64,000 nucleotides of DNA from Neocallimastix sp. 'constans' (taxonomy: Eukaryota). Of the stretch, positions 40,646-54,800 are shown in pieces. Where the stretch lies: assembly GCA_050613775.1 (NCBI GenBank), contig JBODTK010000013.1, positions 372,001-436,000 on the forward strand, given 5' to 3'. Under the pieces are notes generated by a model that was given only the letters and a program-made list of their open reading frames with translations, made no database searches and was not told the DNA's origin. The position numbers and the translations under genes are program-made. Position 1 is the stretch's first letter. Every line of letters begins with the position of its first letter.

Positions 40646-42581
40646 CATCATGATAAAAAAAAAAAAAAAAAAAAATTTATAGTCAACTGATTATATTAGA
40701 GTAAAAATTAATAAATTAAAGAAAAGTAATAATTAGAATTTTATTAAATCAAAATTATTAATAAATTAAATAATATCAATACTTTATTAAATAAAGTTTC
40801 ATTTTATAAAACTTAATATAATAAAAATTTTGAAAATTAAATGGAAATTGATCAATTTAAAATTACTTTATTAACTTCGTTTCTTAAAAATAGTATGATA
40901 TACATTTTAATATATCATAACAATAACATTATATGAATCATAAATGTATGACATAAATATTTATAATGTAGCAAGCCATATTTACATACATAAATTTACT
41001 TAATAAATTTTACTATATATAAATTTGTATAACTATATAATTAATAATAAAATAGGAATAATATTAAACTTTATTTTCAACAAAAAATTACAATTTTATA
41101 AAGTCAAATATAAATAAAAATTTAAATGAGAATTTTAAATATAATTAATTATATTAATTAATAAATCAAGAGCCAACAGAATTAAACATTATCAAACTTT
41201 AATATATAATATTTGTCTTACCAATTAAAATCAAGAGTATATTTTTTTTAATTCAATTTATCAATACGAATAATATTAATTAAAGTTTTATAATTAAAAT
41301 AAAACTATTAAAATTTTGTCAAAAATAACAATTAAGAGTTACTCAGAATATATAATTAAGATAGTTTATTAGAATAAAGTTAAGGGTTATCAAATGTAGA
41401 AAGGGGTAAAACACGATTTATATACATGAAGTAATATGTGGTTTGATACTTATCTTATGATATAATAATATAGATATGATAATTTAATAACATAAATTAT
41501 TGGTTCTTTTTATATTTTTAACATTCCCCCTCAAATCTAATTTTCTTTATATTATAAATTAGATTTGCAACATTATTAGTTTATATAATATTTCATATAA
41601 TTTTAATAGATATTATAGATTATGTAGTTCTAATTTAGTTCTATATAAAGATTCTATTATTTCTTTAATCATATAAGTGTCTTAATTATCTCAATTATGT
41701 AAATATAATTGTAATTTGCTTATATTTATATTCTTTGTTAGTTTTAAGTTGTGAATATTCCTTCTTTGGGTGTTTGTAATTGAGTAAATATATTTCATGT
41801 TCTACATTTTTATTATATTTTAGATGTATTCATAAAGTTTTATTTATGATAATATCTTTTAAATCTAAAAAAAATGAAGAGGTTAATAATCGTTTGAAAC
41901 CAACTTCTCAATTATTGTAAAAGTTTCAGTACTTTTTTACAAATCTAAATTAAATAATTAATATTAAATTAGTATATGAAGTGATGATAGGGGACCAATG
42001 CAACAAAAGCTAAGTAAAGAAATTTTCTAATATTGATAAGACTATGATGATTAAATATGACTATTGATTTATTTCTAGTGTGTATGACCGTAACCAAACA
42101 AAACATAATATTGGCTCTCTACTTTATGATTTATAATTCTACAATATAATGTTTATCACATTTTTTCAAAATTTGTAACTGTAATATACTTAAATCTATT
42201 TAAAAAATAGCATTTAGATTAAGGACTTTTTTTCTTCTTTTCTTCATTTTATAAATATCTTCATCAGTTCTAATAATAATTTAGTAAACTTCAACTATTT
42301 TCACAATCAACGGCTTTCCCAAATAAAACAAAATATCGGTTCTTAATTTTATAAGTTATAATCCTACAATATAACATTGAACTCTTTTTCAAATTTTATA
42401 TCAGAAATATAATTATTTTTAAATTGACATTCAGAATAAGAACTTTTTTATTTTTCTACTTTCTAATTCATATTTCTTAAAATTTTTATTGATAACCTCT
42501 TCAATTCCAAAAAGAAAATAATACCTATATAAACAAATTTCCTTATTAACGTCGGATTTACGTATCAAAGCGGCTTATGCT

Positions 42582-42624
<43 letters not shown>

Positions 42625-44030
42625 CAGAATATAATTCTTTTCACTGATTATTTTTCTTCTTTTATTTAATAAAACTCTTTCGCAATTATCAAATTTTCTT
42701 TTTATACCAAATTTCCGGGCTAAGACCTTAGGCACTTTTTGCTGCTCTTTTTCCTTTCAATACACTATAACAATTACATCTTACTTACATTTTACTTCTT
42801 ATTTTATAAGTAAATTTACATACTCTAATATTCTAATATTTTACATTATGGTTAATTTCTCATTCTTTTTTTTTTTTTTTAAATTTTTTTTATGTTTTAT
42901 CAATTTACATTATTTCATTATATTACATATATACTTTATTACAAATTGAAATATATTTAGTATGCATAATAACTACTGATATATTATTAAAATTAACAAA
43001 TTGAGCAAGCAAAGTAATTAGTAATTGAATATAAGTGTGAAGAGAAGTGGAGAATTAATTACTAAATTAAAATTATATTAATAATTAAAATTTAAATTTT
43101 AATAAATAGTTAATTATTTTAAATATTTTGTATATTAGTTTATTGTCTATATATTGCAATTATAAGTAGAATAATATATATAATATATATTCCAATTTTT
43201 GGGTGTAAATTAAATATGAAAGAATTAAAATTTTAAAGTTGATCAAAAATAATTCTGTAATTAACTACTAATTTTAAAAATTAATAATACAATAGAGTAG
43301 ATAAAGTATTAATGGATATAAAAGTAAATTAATTAAAAAATACGGTAACTATTAAAGTTTGATTTATTATTTACTATTAACACAAATATATTTCATCATT
43401 TATTTAAATTGGAAATAATATAATTATAACATTTTAGTAATTGCGATTCAGATATTATTTTCTATTTAATTTAAATTAATGACTGAATTTTATAAAAAAA
43501 AATAGCTTTTATTGTAATGAAGTATGTATATATTTATCATAAAGTAACCATTGTTAATTTGTTTATAGAAACAAAACTTTTTATTGTAGTTTATAGTAGA
43601 AATTAACAAATAAATAATACAATATTCTATATTTTGAATATTAATTTATAATAAATAGCTTGAAATAATGAACAAATAATAGAAATTCATTAATTTATAT
43701 ACCATAAAAAAAAAAATAAAATAAGTGCAATATATATTTATAAATTTATTGTTATATAAAAAATAAATAATATATATATATAAATTCCTGTTTATTTTTA
43801 TTTTGATTGATATTGGTTTATAATATTTATTATAAATAATATTGAAATTAACTTATTGTTTATATTTATTGTCGGTTTATTGTAATAAATAATATCTATA
43901 TATATATTAAAGTTTGCAATATATTAACGTATATACCATATTATAAATAAAATGATATTTAATATAATAATAAATTTCTAAATATTCAAGATTAATAAGT
44001 ATAGAATAGAATTGTATATAATAACAAACA

Positions 44031-44699
44031 ATGCAAAACAAAATAGTTTTAGCAATATTTACTATTATTTTTTATATTTATTTTATTAATTGTGAGAGTT
44101 TATTGTGCGAGGATGTTCCTAAGTATCTAACTAAAGATGAAGTATTAAAATTAAAAAATGCTGTTTTTGTCGCCTTTTATTGTAAAGATAATCTATGTGC
44201 TAAGACTAAACATAGTTACACAGATTTTTTTGTTGAATTCCTGATGAAAATGGAAGAATGAAGAAGTATATTACTGAAACATGTCCGCGTGATAAAATCG
44301 GAACTAAAATGTGTAATACCGAAATATACTATGATGGAAACCTATTTTATACTAACTGTACTTCAAATTCAGATTGTTTGTCTAATAAATGTCTTAAAAG
44401 CGTTTGTGTTTTTAACGATGACAATCCGATTGTGCATTGTGATGATATATACTTAGGTGGTGGCAGATCATATATGCATTGTGGCAAACCCTATCATGAT
44501 ACATGTAAAACCGATAATGAATGCTCTTCTAGAGTATGTTTTGAAGATAATACTTGTAATTTGAAACGTAAAGGACCTTCTGATAGTGAAGAGTGGAGTG
44601 GTTATGATGCACTCAATTTATATTATGTTTATTGCTTTATTTTTGTTAATTTGTTGTTGTTGTTATTCTATTTGTAAAAAGGAAGAAATAAATAAATAA
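44031..44699 (+). pseudogene. Cys-rich secreted or type I membrane protein gene with two apparent 1-nt frameshifts
   Basis: Signal peptide MQNKIVLAIFTIIFYIYFINC and Cys-rich repeats CTSNSDCLSNKC and CKTDNECSSRVC. Frameshifts near 44240 and 44590. The alternative frame gives the TM tail IYIMFIALFLLICCCCYSICKKEEINK. Confidence 0.75.
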
Positions 44700-45210
44700 A
44701 TAAATAAATTATATATACTATAATCTATAATTATCATAAACATTTGATAAGTATATATAATAATTACAAGATAAATATTAATTTTTTTTTTTAAAATCTC
44801 TTTTTAAAATTTTAAAAATATCATCATAAAATTATTGTATATTATATAATTTATTTTAATACATATATAAAAGATATCATAAAACAATAATTATCAAAGT
44901 AATTTCTGTAGTACTATAATTTGAAGGATTTAATATATATATATATATATTTAAAAGAATATTTATAATAATATATTTAATATATAAATTTTCGAATATT
45001 GAAATGTTTGTAAGTTTTATAATTTTAACTTAAAATAATTGCAATATAAATATTGAAAAGGTTTATTAAACAACCAAATAATTCTTTATTAAATATATAT
45101 TATTTATTTAATTAAAAGTTATATATTATTATTATAAATATATATATATATATATATTTGTTAGTGTATATATAAATTTTGAAAGTACACCTAAATGTAT
45201 TTATTATCGT

Positions 45211-45420
45211 CAAATTAACATTCCAGGTACCATGATAGCGGAACTTATGCTATTGGTAAATTATTAAATAGTAATATTGGAAGTGTTATACTTCGAAATC
45301 TATCTATATCTTCATGGGGTATAAATTCACGCATTATTGAATATTCAAAAACACAGGATATTGATATTACAGAACAATTAAATAATGGAATTAGATATTT
45401 TGATATAAGACTTTCAACCA
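45211..45420 (+). pseudogene. PI-PLC X-domain (PLC-like phosphodiesterase) N-terminal fragment
   Basis: QINIPGT/HDSGTY (1-nt deletion), then in frame KTQDIDITEQLNNGIRYFDIRL; both are hallmark PI-PLC-X motifs. Confidence 0.85.
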
Positions 45421-45730
45421 CTGATGTACCATTTTACTTCTTTTTCTTTAACTTATATAAATATGGACTATACAATGAAGTGAACAAATTTCCATTGAAG
45501 TATGAATCATATTAGTTTTGAAATTACTGATATATTGTTCTATTGATATTAGTATATTTTAATTTTGATTTATAATTTTGTAATGCAATTATTTAAAATT
45601 TTCATTATTTAGTTGAAATAATAAAAATGCATTTAAGAAGAAAATTATTAAATAATAAGGATTTATCATTGTTAATAATATATTAATACTATTATTATTA
45701 TAATTTATTTATTTATTATTAATTAAAAAA

Positions 45731-45914
<184 letters not shown>

Positions 45915-48070
45915 TTGTTGGTTGACCATATTTTTTTCAACTCAACTCTTTAATTTATTTATATAGTTGGTTGACCATATTTTTTCAACTCAACATAAGC
46001 TTAACAACATAAATGTATAATTTTATATATATATATTTTAGATAATAATAATAAGAATAATAACTTGTTTATTTTCATTAAATATTTGTTTCATGTCAAT
46101 TTAGGGTAATTTATTCATATTTTTATTACACATATTTTTATAATTGAAGATATTAATTATTTAAATACATAACTTTTGATTTATATGTATTATAAAATTT
46201 TTAATATTAATTACTTATTAGTTAAATACTTTGAATTTATAATATTCATTATAGTTTAATGTAATTCAATAAATAATAGTTATTATTATTTCATTTACTT
46301 CTTTATTTAAAATAAATATAATGTTTTCATATATTTTATATGTCTATGATGATTAAAATAATTATTTTATTTTGCTAAAATTATGATTAAATCTTAGTTT
46401 GATACTTATTGTCATTGCTGATTATGGTCTTGTACCGTTATTTTAAGTTTTATAATATTTATTTATATGTTTGTTTATTTTTTGGTCATTTGTAATTTAT
46501 ATTGAGAGAATAATTATGCGTTCAATTCAATTTAAATAATAAAATTTAAATTTGTTAATTTATTTAATTATGAAAAAATTTATATAATTTATTTTCGATA
46601 CTTAACTGTTATTTCGAGCTCAACTTTGTAGAGTGAGACTCTTAATCTGTCAAAAATAACAATTAAGAGTTACTCAGAATATATAATTAAGATAGTTTAT
46701 TAGAATAAAGTTAAGGGTTATCAAATGTAGAAAGGGGTAAAACACGATTTATATACATGAAGTAATATGTGGTTTGATACTTATCTTATGATATAATAAT
46801 ATAGATATGATAATTTAATAACATAAATTATTGGTTCTTTTTATATTTTTAACAAATTTGATCTATTAATTGTATAATTGATTATATTACTAACCTTTAA
46901 TTAATAATATCTATTTAAATTCTTTAACAAAACAAATCAAATGTATCAAATGCATGTTAAAGATTTAAAAAAAAATGAACTTTAATGAAATATTTACTTG
47001 ATAATAATTGATATTTAGAATTTACAATATTCTTTGAAAGTATCATTATGAAAATTTATTTAATAAATTATATTTTTAAGTTTTGATAATTAATCTTTAA
47101 AGCTATAAGAAATTATTTATAATTAAGAATTCAATGATGTTTATTCTTCAATGTGATGTAATTTCGATATTCAAAATAAGTTTTATTTGATAAATTGAAG
47201 TGTTAAATTTGATTTTTAGAATGAAATTCTATTTGTTTATTAGTTATTTGAAAAATAATAAAGTTAAAAAGAATTATTACAGAATAAATATAAAGTCACA
47301 TTAAAAACAATGAAAATAATTTAGAAATTGTAAATAAAATAGAAACATGTAAATACATAAATTTTTAAAAGATCCTAAATAATGGAAATAAATGTTTTAA
47401 AATAACCTGATCCTGTGAAGATGGTTTTGACGAAAGAATATTGAAATTGTGGATATTAAGAAGCTCTCTTTTGAAACCAAAGATATTCTATACGAATACC
47501 AATAAGAAATGTCACTTTTTGGAAACAAAAATTTGGATTATTCAATTTACAACAAAAAATATTTATTTATTAATTATGTTTTTAAATATAATGCAGCCAC
47601 AAAAAGATTTATAGTTAATATTTATTTATACATTATCCATTATTAATAGATAAGAAACTTTTTGAATGTCACAACCCTCGACAGGTGTTATTGAAAATGA
47701 AATTAAAAGTAGTCAATAAAAAGTTCTTATTTGAAAATAAAGTTTTATATTTAAATTGTTGTTATTACAATTGAGATGGTTAATATTAAGGAATTATCTT
47801 TTAAAAACGAAAAGTTGGATTAATTACAACTGTTACAAATTTATTTTATAATTTAAAATTCAACATCTTAAAGTATTTAAAATATTTTTATTCATTTTGT
47901 TTAAGTTTATGCCAAAATAAATTAATACATCTACTAAAGGGCCCCAGGAATTAGCACATATATTTTTTGTAGTTAAAGTTAGAAATATTAATTCTTATTT
48001 TCTTAAAGTAAATGATAACTATAAAAAGTACAATAAATCACAATAAGTATTCTATTGATAGATAAATTTT

Positions 48071-48109
<39 letters not shown>

Positions 48110-48499
48110 TTTGTTGTGTTGTAGATTTTAAATTATAATAAGGACGGTATTTTTTTTATTCTAATAATCACCAAATAAAAAATAATTAAAAATTAATCCA
48201 TGAAAAATATTAAATAAGAAAATAGAAGAAAGAGAGAATCCTCCATAGTTTATTTAACATAACTTTTTTGAATGAAACCTTCTTGGCTTCTATTGTTTAT
48301 GCTGTCAATTCGATACAAAACATTAATTCATACATTTTAAAGAATAACTACCTTACTGTTTTTATTTCTGAGAGTTATATTATTTATTAAAGATTGCTAG
48401 TGACAATCAAGAATTTTTAAATAGATCCTATATTGATACTAATAGTTCAAAAGCTGATTTTCATGTAAAAGAAGTTTTGCAATTAAGAATATAAATGAT

Positions 48500-48995
48500 C
48501 ATGTTAAAATTTCTTTCATTAATAATGTATCAAATACGAAATGGGAAGTTAGATAATACTATTCTTAATGATTCTAAGAGTATGTATTTTCTTTAATACT
48601 TGATCATAAAGTTAATTATCATGATAATCAATTCAGTGAAATTCGTTAAATTTAAAGATTAAAAAGTAATCCATTCAGTTGGTTACAAGTTGAAGACAAT
48701 GTTGGTCGTTATTTACCAACCGCTGAACAACAAAAGAATTGTAAGTTTTAGCTCCAAAAGAAACTTGCAAAATACAAACAGGTGAAGTTATTCATAAAAA
48801 TGATTGGACAATTGATGCATTAAAACATGATATTCATGAATTAACTGCTAAAAATGGTTTAGGTTGTGAATCCATCAGTGGAATGAAAAAAATGGAGATG
48901 CTTATAATTATGATCTTGCTTGTCATCAAGGTGAAAATGATTCCTTAGTAATAAATGCATGGCTGGTTCCTATTATGGTGCAAGAGATGAATATC
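48500..48995 (+). pseudogene. Decayed fragment of an unidentified protein-coding gene
   Basis: Higher GC and codon-like periodicity; WLQVEDNVGRYLPTAEQQKNC and ETCKIQTGEVIHKNDWTIDALKHDIHELTAKNGLGCES. Confidence 0.5.
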
Positions 48996-48997
48996 CA

Positions 48998-49028
<31 letters not shown>

Positions 49029-49283
49029 CTGGTCAAAAGTTTATAGACAATATTTAATTTATTTGAATAATGCGGAGACTCCTTAAGCTTTATGGTAAGA
49101 TGCTAAATCAGTAGTCAAAGTTGAAAAAGATAAATAATAATATTCATTTGTTTGTCAACCAGAATATGTTAAATAACGTGGAAATGTTACAGCGTCGTTA
49201 TTTTTTTGGACTCATAGTTTTTTAGGTATTAGTCCAAATTTCTCTATTAACAATTTTATCCAAGTACACATCAATTACGTTTT

Positions 49284-49568
49284 TTGGTTGCAGCTAATTA
49301 TCCTACCTTATTTTCAGTCTCTATCAATGGAGGAAAGAACTCAGCTGAAGTTGCCAATTTTAAAGATGATGCCTGTGTTTGTCGCAATGGTATTCGAGGA
49401 TTCTGCAGTGTATTAGAATTCAAAATTAGACATAATGATTTCAGAATTGAAGAAAATAAGATTACTCTACGTGCCAGTAAGACAGAATAATATACTAATA
49501 ATTACCAATTCGATGGTATTTTGTATGATCATATACGTCTTAAAACTCCTGGACTTTTAATTATCTAA
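49284..49568 (+). pseudogene. Rhamnogalacturonan lyase (PL4) C-terminal domain fragment
   Basis: DDACVCRNGIRG...ENKITL...FDGILYDHIRLKTP resembles the PL4 domain III motifs D..IARHGI.G and GIMYDYIRLE. One internal stop at 49488-49490. Confidence 0.65.
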
Positions 49569-49698
49569 AATCTATTCAAATAAATTAGTAAATAAATATT
49601 TTAATTTAAAAATTAATAATATCAATTATATATATTGATGATAAAAAGAAAAAAAAAATATTAATATTTTATATATAAAAACAAAAATAAATGAACAA

Positions 49699-49730
<32 letters not shown>

Positions 49731-51877
49731 TAAAGCTCAAAAACATTTCCTTTCAACGGAAATTAGAGATGTAGAAGATATACAATAAAAATATGATGAT
49801 ATTGAAGTAGTATTATTAATGAAATCTTAAAATCTTCTGAAGTTAACTTAGATATCAAACCAAATCTACCTCTTAATGAAATAGATTAGAGATAATCATG
49901 GTAATTATTCTATAAGTATTGATAGTATATAAATACTTCAAAAAATATGGATAAAATAATAAATAAGGAAAATAATTAAAATAATCAATAATTAGATGAT
50001 GAAAATGATGATAAAATTAATAATGATAATGAAACATATAAAGAAGAAGAGACAAAAGAGATTATGTTGTAAATAATAAAATAATAGGAATATTAAAACA
50101 TAATATTAATATAAAAAATATAAATATAATATAATATCATTCATGCTCTTTTAAAATATTATAAATTTATAATTTTTTTTTTTAATCATATTAAAACAAA
50201 AGTATTATTTTATATTTTAATACAAACACTATATTTCTATTCAACTCTAACTTTTATCCAAAGTAAGATTTGAGGAGGAATGTTAAAAATATAAATATTA
50301 AATTTAATAATTATATTAATTTGAGGAGAAATAATATATATTTTAATATATTCATGTAAATTATGTGACCAATAATAGTATAAAGTCGCGTATTATGTTA
50401 ACTATAAATAACATAAAATGTACATTATTATTTTTAATATGATTCTAATATTTTTAATATAATAAATATATTTTTATTTCTAAAAGATCCATATAATTAC
50501 TATTGTGTTTATCATAGTTTGTTTAAGTGTTTCTTAATATGATATTTTTGACAGATTAAGAATCTCAGTCTCAACCGATTAATCCATAGCAAAGTATTTC
50601 TTTAAAATATTAAAAAAAAAAAAAAAAAAAAATTCAATATTAAATAAATTTGAAATTTATATATTTATTATTAAATATTAATTATTTAATTATTTATATG
50701 TATATAAATATTTATAAACTATAGAACTAAAATAAAATGTAATCTTTAAAATTTAAAATAATTATATAAAGAAGTGCAATATCAATATAATTGAAATTGA
50801 AAATAAACAAAAGGTCAGCTATTAAACATAAGATGAGGATGAAACAAAAGGTCAGCTATTGGATACAAGCTGAAAATAAAGAACATAACATGTCAGTTAT
50901 ACTATATAAGCTGAGAATAAAAGAACATAAAATGTCAGCTATTCTATATAATCTGGGAATAATATAATAAAAAATTCAATTATATAATAAATAATCAAAA
51001 TAACGATTTTAATTAAAACGAAATGACAATAATATATTAAATATGAACAATCAATATTATAATCATTTTCACAACAATAAAAATTTTTTTTAGATGCACA
51101 GAGTATAAATAAATTAATCTCTTTATATTATTATTTGTAATATAAATTTATACAATACTTTGCAATAATTATTAATAAAAATAATTTATTCTTAATTAAA
51201 AAAAAACAATAGTAACATGATCACATTAATATAATTGAATAAAAGAAATAAAATGATATGTTTAGTAATAATACAAATTATACTAAATTCTCCCTCAATA
51301 TTAAAAAAAAAAAAGTATTTTAATATTTTTAAATTTTTATTAAATTTTATAAATACTAACCATTGAAAATCTATTGTTAAAATATAAAAAAATAAATACT
51401 TAATAATGACTTTAATATAATTTACCCAATCAGAATATTATTATATTTAAATAAAATTATAAAAGAAATAAAATGTAACCTTGTCAAAAATATACATTTT
51501 TGGTATTAATAATAAAAAAAATAAAGATAAATAAAATTAAATATTAAGTATTATATATAAAATGCTACGCTAAAAATATATCTAATTTTTTCAATATTTG
51601 CTTTTGGTGTTCAATAGTTTTAGACACATTAATGTTTATAATAGTTTAATTTATTTATATTATAGATATTTTATTATTTATTAATATATTTTTTTAAAAA
51701 TAGAACTAAAGAAAAACATATTCATTTAGAAAGCTTTTATACATGAATATTATTTATTAAACTAATTGATTGGTTAATATAAAATGAAGTATAGTATATA
51801 TATTTTAACACTCCTCCTCAAATGTAACTTCGTTTCAATGTTACATTTGTTTAATTTTAACTATATTTTTTTTAGAA

Positions 51878-54800
51878 TTAAAATTTTAAATCCTCAATTT
51901 TATATAATAAAGAATTTCTGAATTTTTCCATAAGAGTGTTATTCAGATATTTAGTGAATCCATCTGCCAAATTATTTTGAGATTGAATATATTCTAATTT
52001 TATAAAATTTTTATTTATTATTTCTCTAATATAATGAATTCTTATATCAATATGTTTTGTCTTCGGATTAATGGATTGATTTTTGCTATTGAATATGGCA
52101 GCTTTGTTATCTATTTTTATTTTAATACATTTAATATTATAATATAATTCTTTCATTAAGTTTAAATACCAAATGCAGTGCTTGCCACATTCACTCAGAC
52201 TATAATACTCCGATTCTGCAGTAGATGTTGACATACAGTGTTGTAGCTTGGAACACCAGCTAGTTGGTGCGTTGCCCATGGTTACTAAAAAACCTGTTGT
52301 TGATCTTCTGGTTTCAGTGTCTCCTGCAAAGTCGGCATCAACAAAGGCTTCTATTCCTAGTTTCCTTGTATAGTTTATCCCGTAACTCGTTGTTCCTTTA
52401 AGATGTCTTAGTATTCTTACGACATTGTTCCAGTCTTCCATATTCGGATTATTTGATTTTCGTGCTGCTTTACTTACCGAAAATAGAATATCAGGTCTGG
52501 TGCATATAGCAATGTAGAGTAAATTTCCTATTGCACTTCGGTAGGTAGTTTGATTAAACTTTATATTTCTAAGTTTGTCGTCCGTAATTGGTTTTGTATT
52601 CCTTAATGGTTTTTCATTATTCATATTGAATTTTTCTAAAACCTCTATAATGTATCTTCTTTGATGCATAAAATATCCATTTTTGTGTTTAACAAATTTT
52701 ATTCCGATAACGAAATCCACGTCGCCAATTTCTTTTATTTTATATTTTCTTTTGAAATATTCTTTTATACATTTAATTTCATTCTCTTTTCCAGCGATTA
52801 AAATATCGTCAACATAAATACCGACGATACATAAAATGTTTTTATTTTTATCGTTTTTTACATATATACATGGTTCACTTACCATTCTTCTAAGTCCTAT
52901 TTTAGTTAAGAATTTATTAATTTCTTTATTCCATTCTCGTCCGCTTTGTTTCAGACCATATATAGCCTTGTTTAATTTCCAGTATTTTCTATTAAAATCT
53001 GGATGACCTTCTGGAGGTTTCATATAAATATTTTCACTTAACTTGGCATTAAGGTAAGCAGCGTTTATATCGATTTGTTCTATATTAAAATTATTTTGGG
53101 CAGCAATTGAAGTTAAAATTCTGATAGAGTCGTGTTTTAACGTTGGTGCAAAAGTATCATGAAAGTCTATTCCAAATTCTTGGGTAAAACCTCGTGCTAC
53201 CAATCTTGCCTTTCTTTTTGTTATCTCGCCATTCGCATTTCTTTTATATTTGAAGATCCATCGTGAGGAAATTACATTGGCATTTTTGGGTATATATTTA
53301 ATTGTATTAAATACATTTAAGTTTTTCATATTGCTTAATTCTTCATTTACTGCATTAATCCACTCTTTTCTATCGATTAAATTTTGAATATCTTTATAAT
53401 TTTCTGGTTCTCTTAAGGTATTTGTTGTCTTTCTTCTTTTGTTATTACTTTCATTTATAATATTCATAGTTCTTTTTTTATTATTGGTCTCGATATTATT
53501 TAATTTAAATGAATTGTTATTAGTCAATAAAGTATTTATAATTTCGTTTCCATTACGTTGAATATAATTTTTATTGATAATTGTGTTGTCATTTACTCTG
53601 CTGTTTTCAATATTATTATTGTTATTGATTGTTTTATTGGCTGTATTATCATTTATTTTATTATTATTATCTTCTATATTTTGGCTATTATTATTATTTT
53701 CAATATTATTTTTATTAATTCTAATTTTATTATTACTATTATTTGTATTATTATTATTACTATTATTATTATTATTATTATTTATATTATTATTATTGAT
53801 AAAATTATTATTGGTTATGTCATTATTATTAATATTATTATTGTTTATATTATTATTATTATTTGTATTATTATTAATGAAATTATTGTTATGGTTATTA
53901 TTATTGATATTTTCATTGTTATTGTTACTATTATTGTTACTTTAATTATTATTTCTTTGTTTTTTGTTATATTTTCTTTTATTCTTAGAATTATTTTTAT
54001 TGATTATATCTTCGTATATATTTTGTATATTGCTATTATTTAATATTGGTGAATTATTTAAGATGTTTTCTGAATTAAAAAATTCTTTAGAACCTGGATA
54101 ATCAATTTTATTTAATCTTTGTTGAATATTATGATTAATGTTATATGTATTGGTATCGTATGTATTTTTATTATAGTATGTATTATATATATTATCTCTC
54201 CTGATTTCGTGATCCGGAATAAAATTGGAAAATTCAGGTGAGCATTCTTTAAGATAACTGTTTCCAGGATTGGATTCGAAAAAGGCAACAGATCTAGATA
54301 GGATTATTTTATTAGTAGTAATATCTAAAATTTTGTAAGCTGATGGATTTTCAGAGTATCCTAGAAAAATCCCTGGTTTAGTATTGTTATCGAATTTAGA
54401 TCTAAAGACTTTAGGAATAAAGAAATAAACTTTGCATCCAAATACTTTAATATTTGAATAGTTGACCTTTGTTTTGTTAATTATTTCATAAGGTATTTTC
54501 GTATTTATTCCTTTGTGCGGAATGCGATTATGTATATAATTAGCAGTAGAGGTAGCATCTTCCCAAAATTGGTGACTAAGTTTAGAGTCATTCAGCATAG
54601 CTTTGGCGGAATTAATTAGGGTGCCATTGAATCGTTCCACCCTTCCATTTTGTTGTGGGTTATATGGTACAGTTAGCTGATGTTTGATACCATAAGATTT
54701 AAAGAATAAATTAAAATTATTATTGCAAAATTCTGTACCATTATCCGTTCGAATATATATAATTCTAGTATTATACTTATTTTTAATACTTAAAAACCAA

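Noticed and set aside
41700..42800. Additional captured gene fragments in E, and at 49730-49930 in F
   Set aside because: They look coding-like but have no recognisable motif, so they are left unassigned.
45255..45340. Intron within the PI-PLC fragment (GT at about 45257)
   Set aside because: The frame reads continuously from HDS to GIRYFDIR without splicing.
53558..54043. Hydrophobic antisense ORFs (also 3874-4149, 26846-27184, 61462-61800) as membrane or env-like proteins
   Set aside because: They are shadows of AAT/AAC-rich Asn linkers on the opposite strand.
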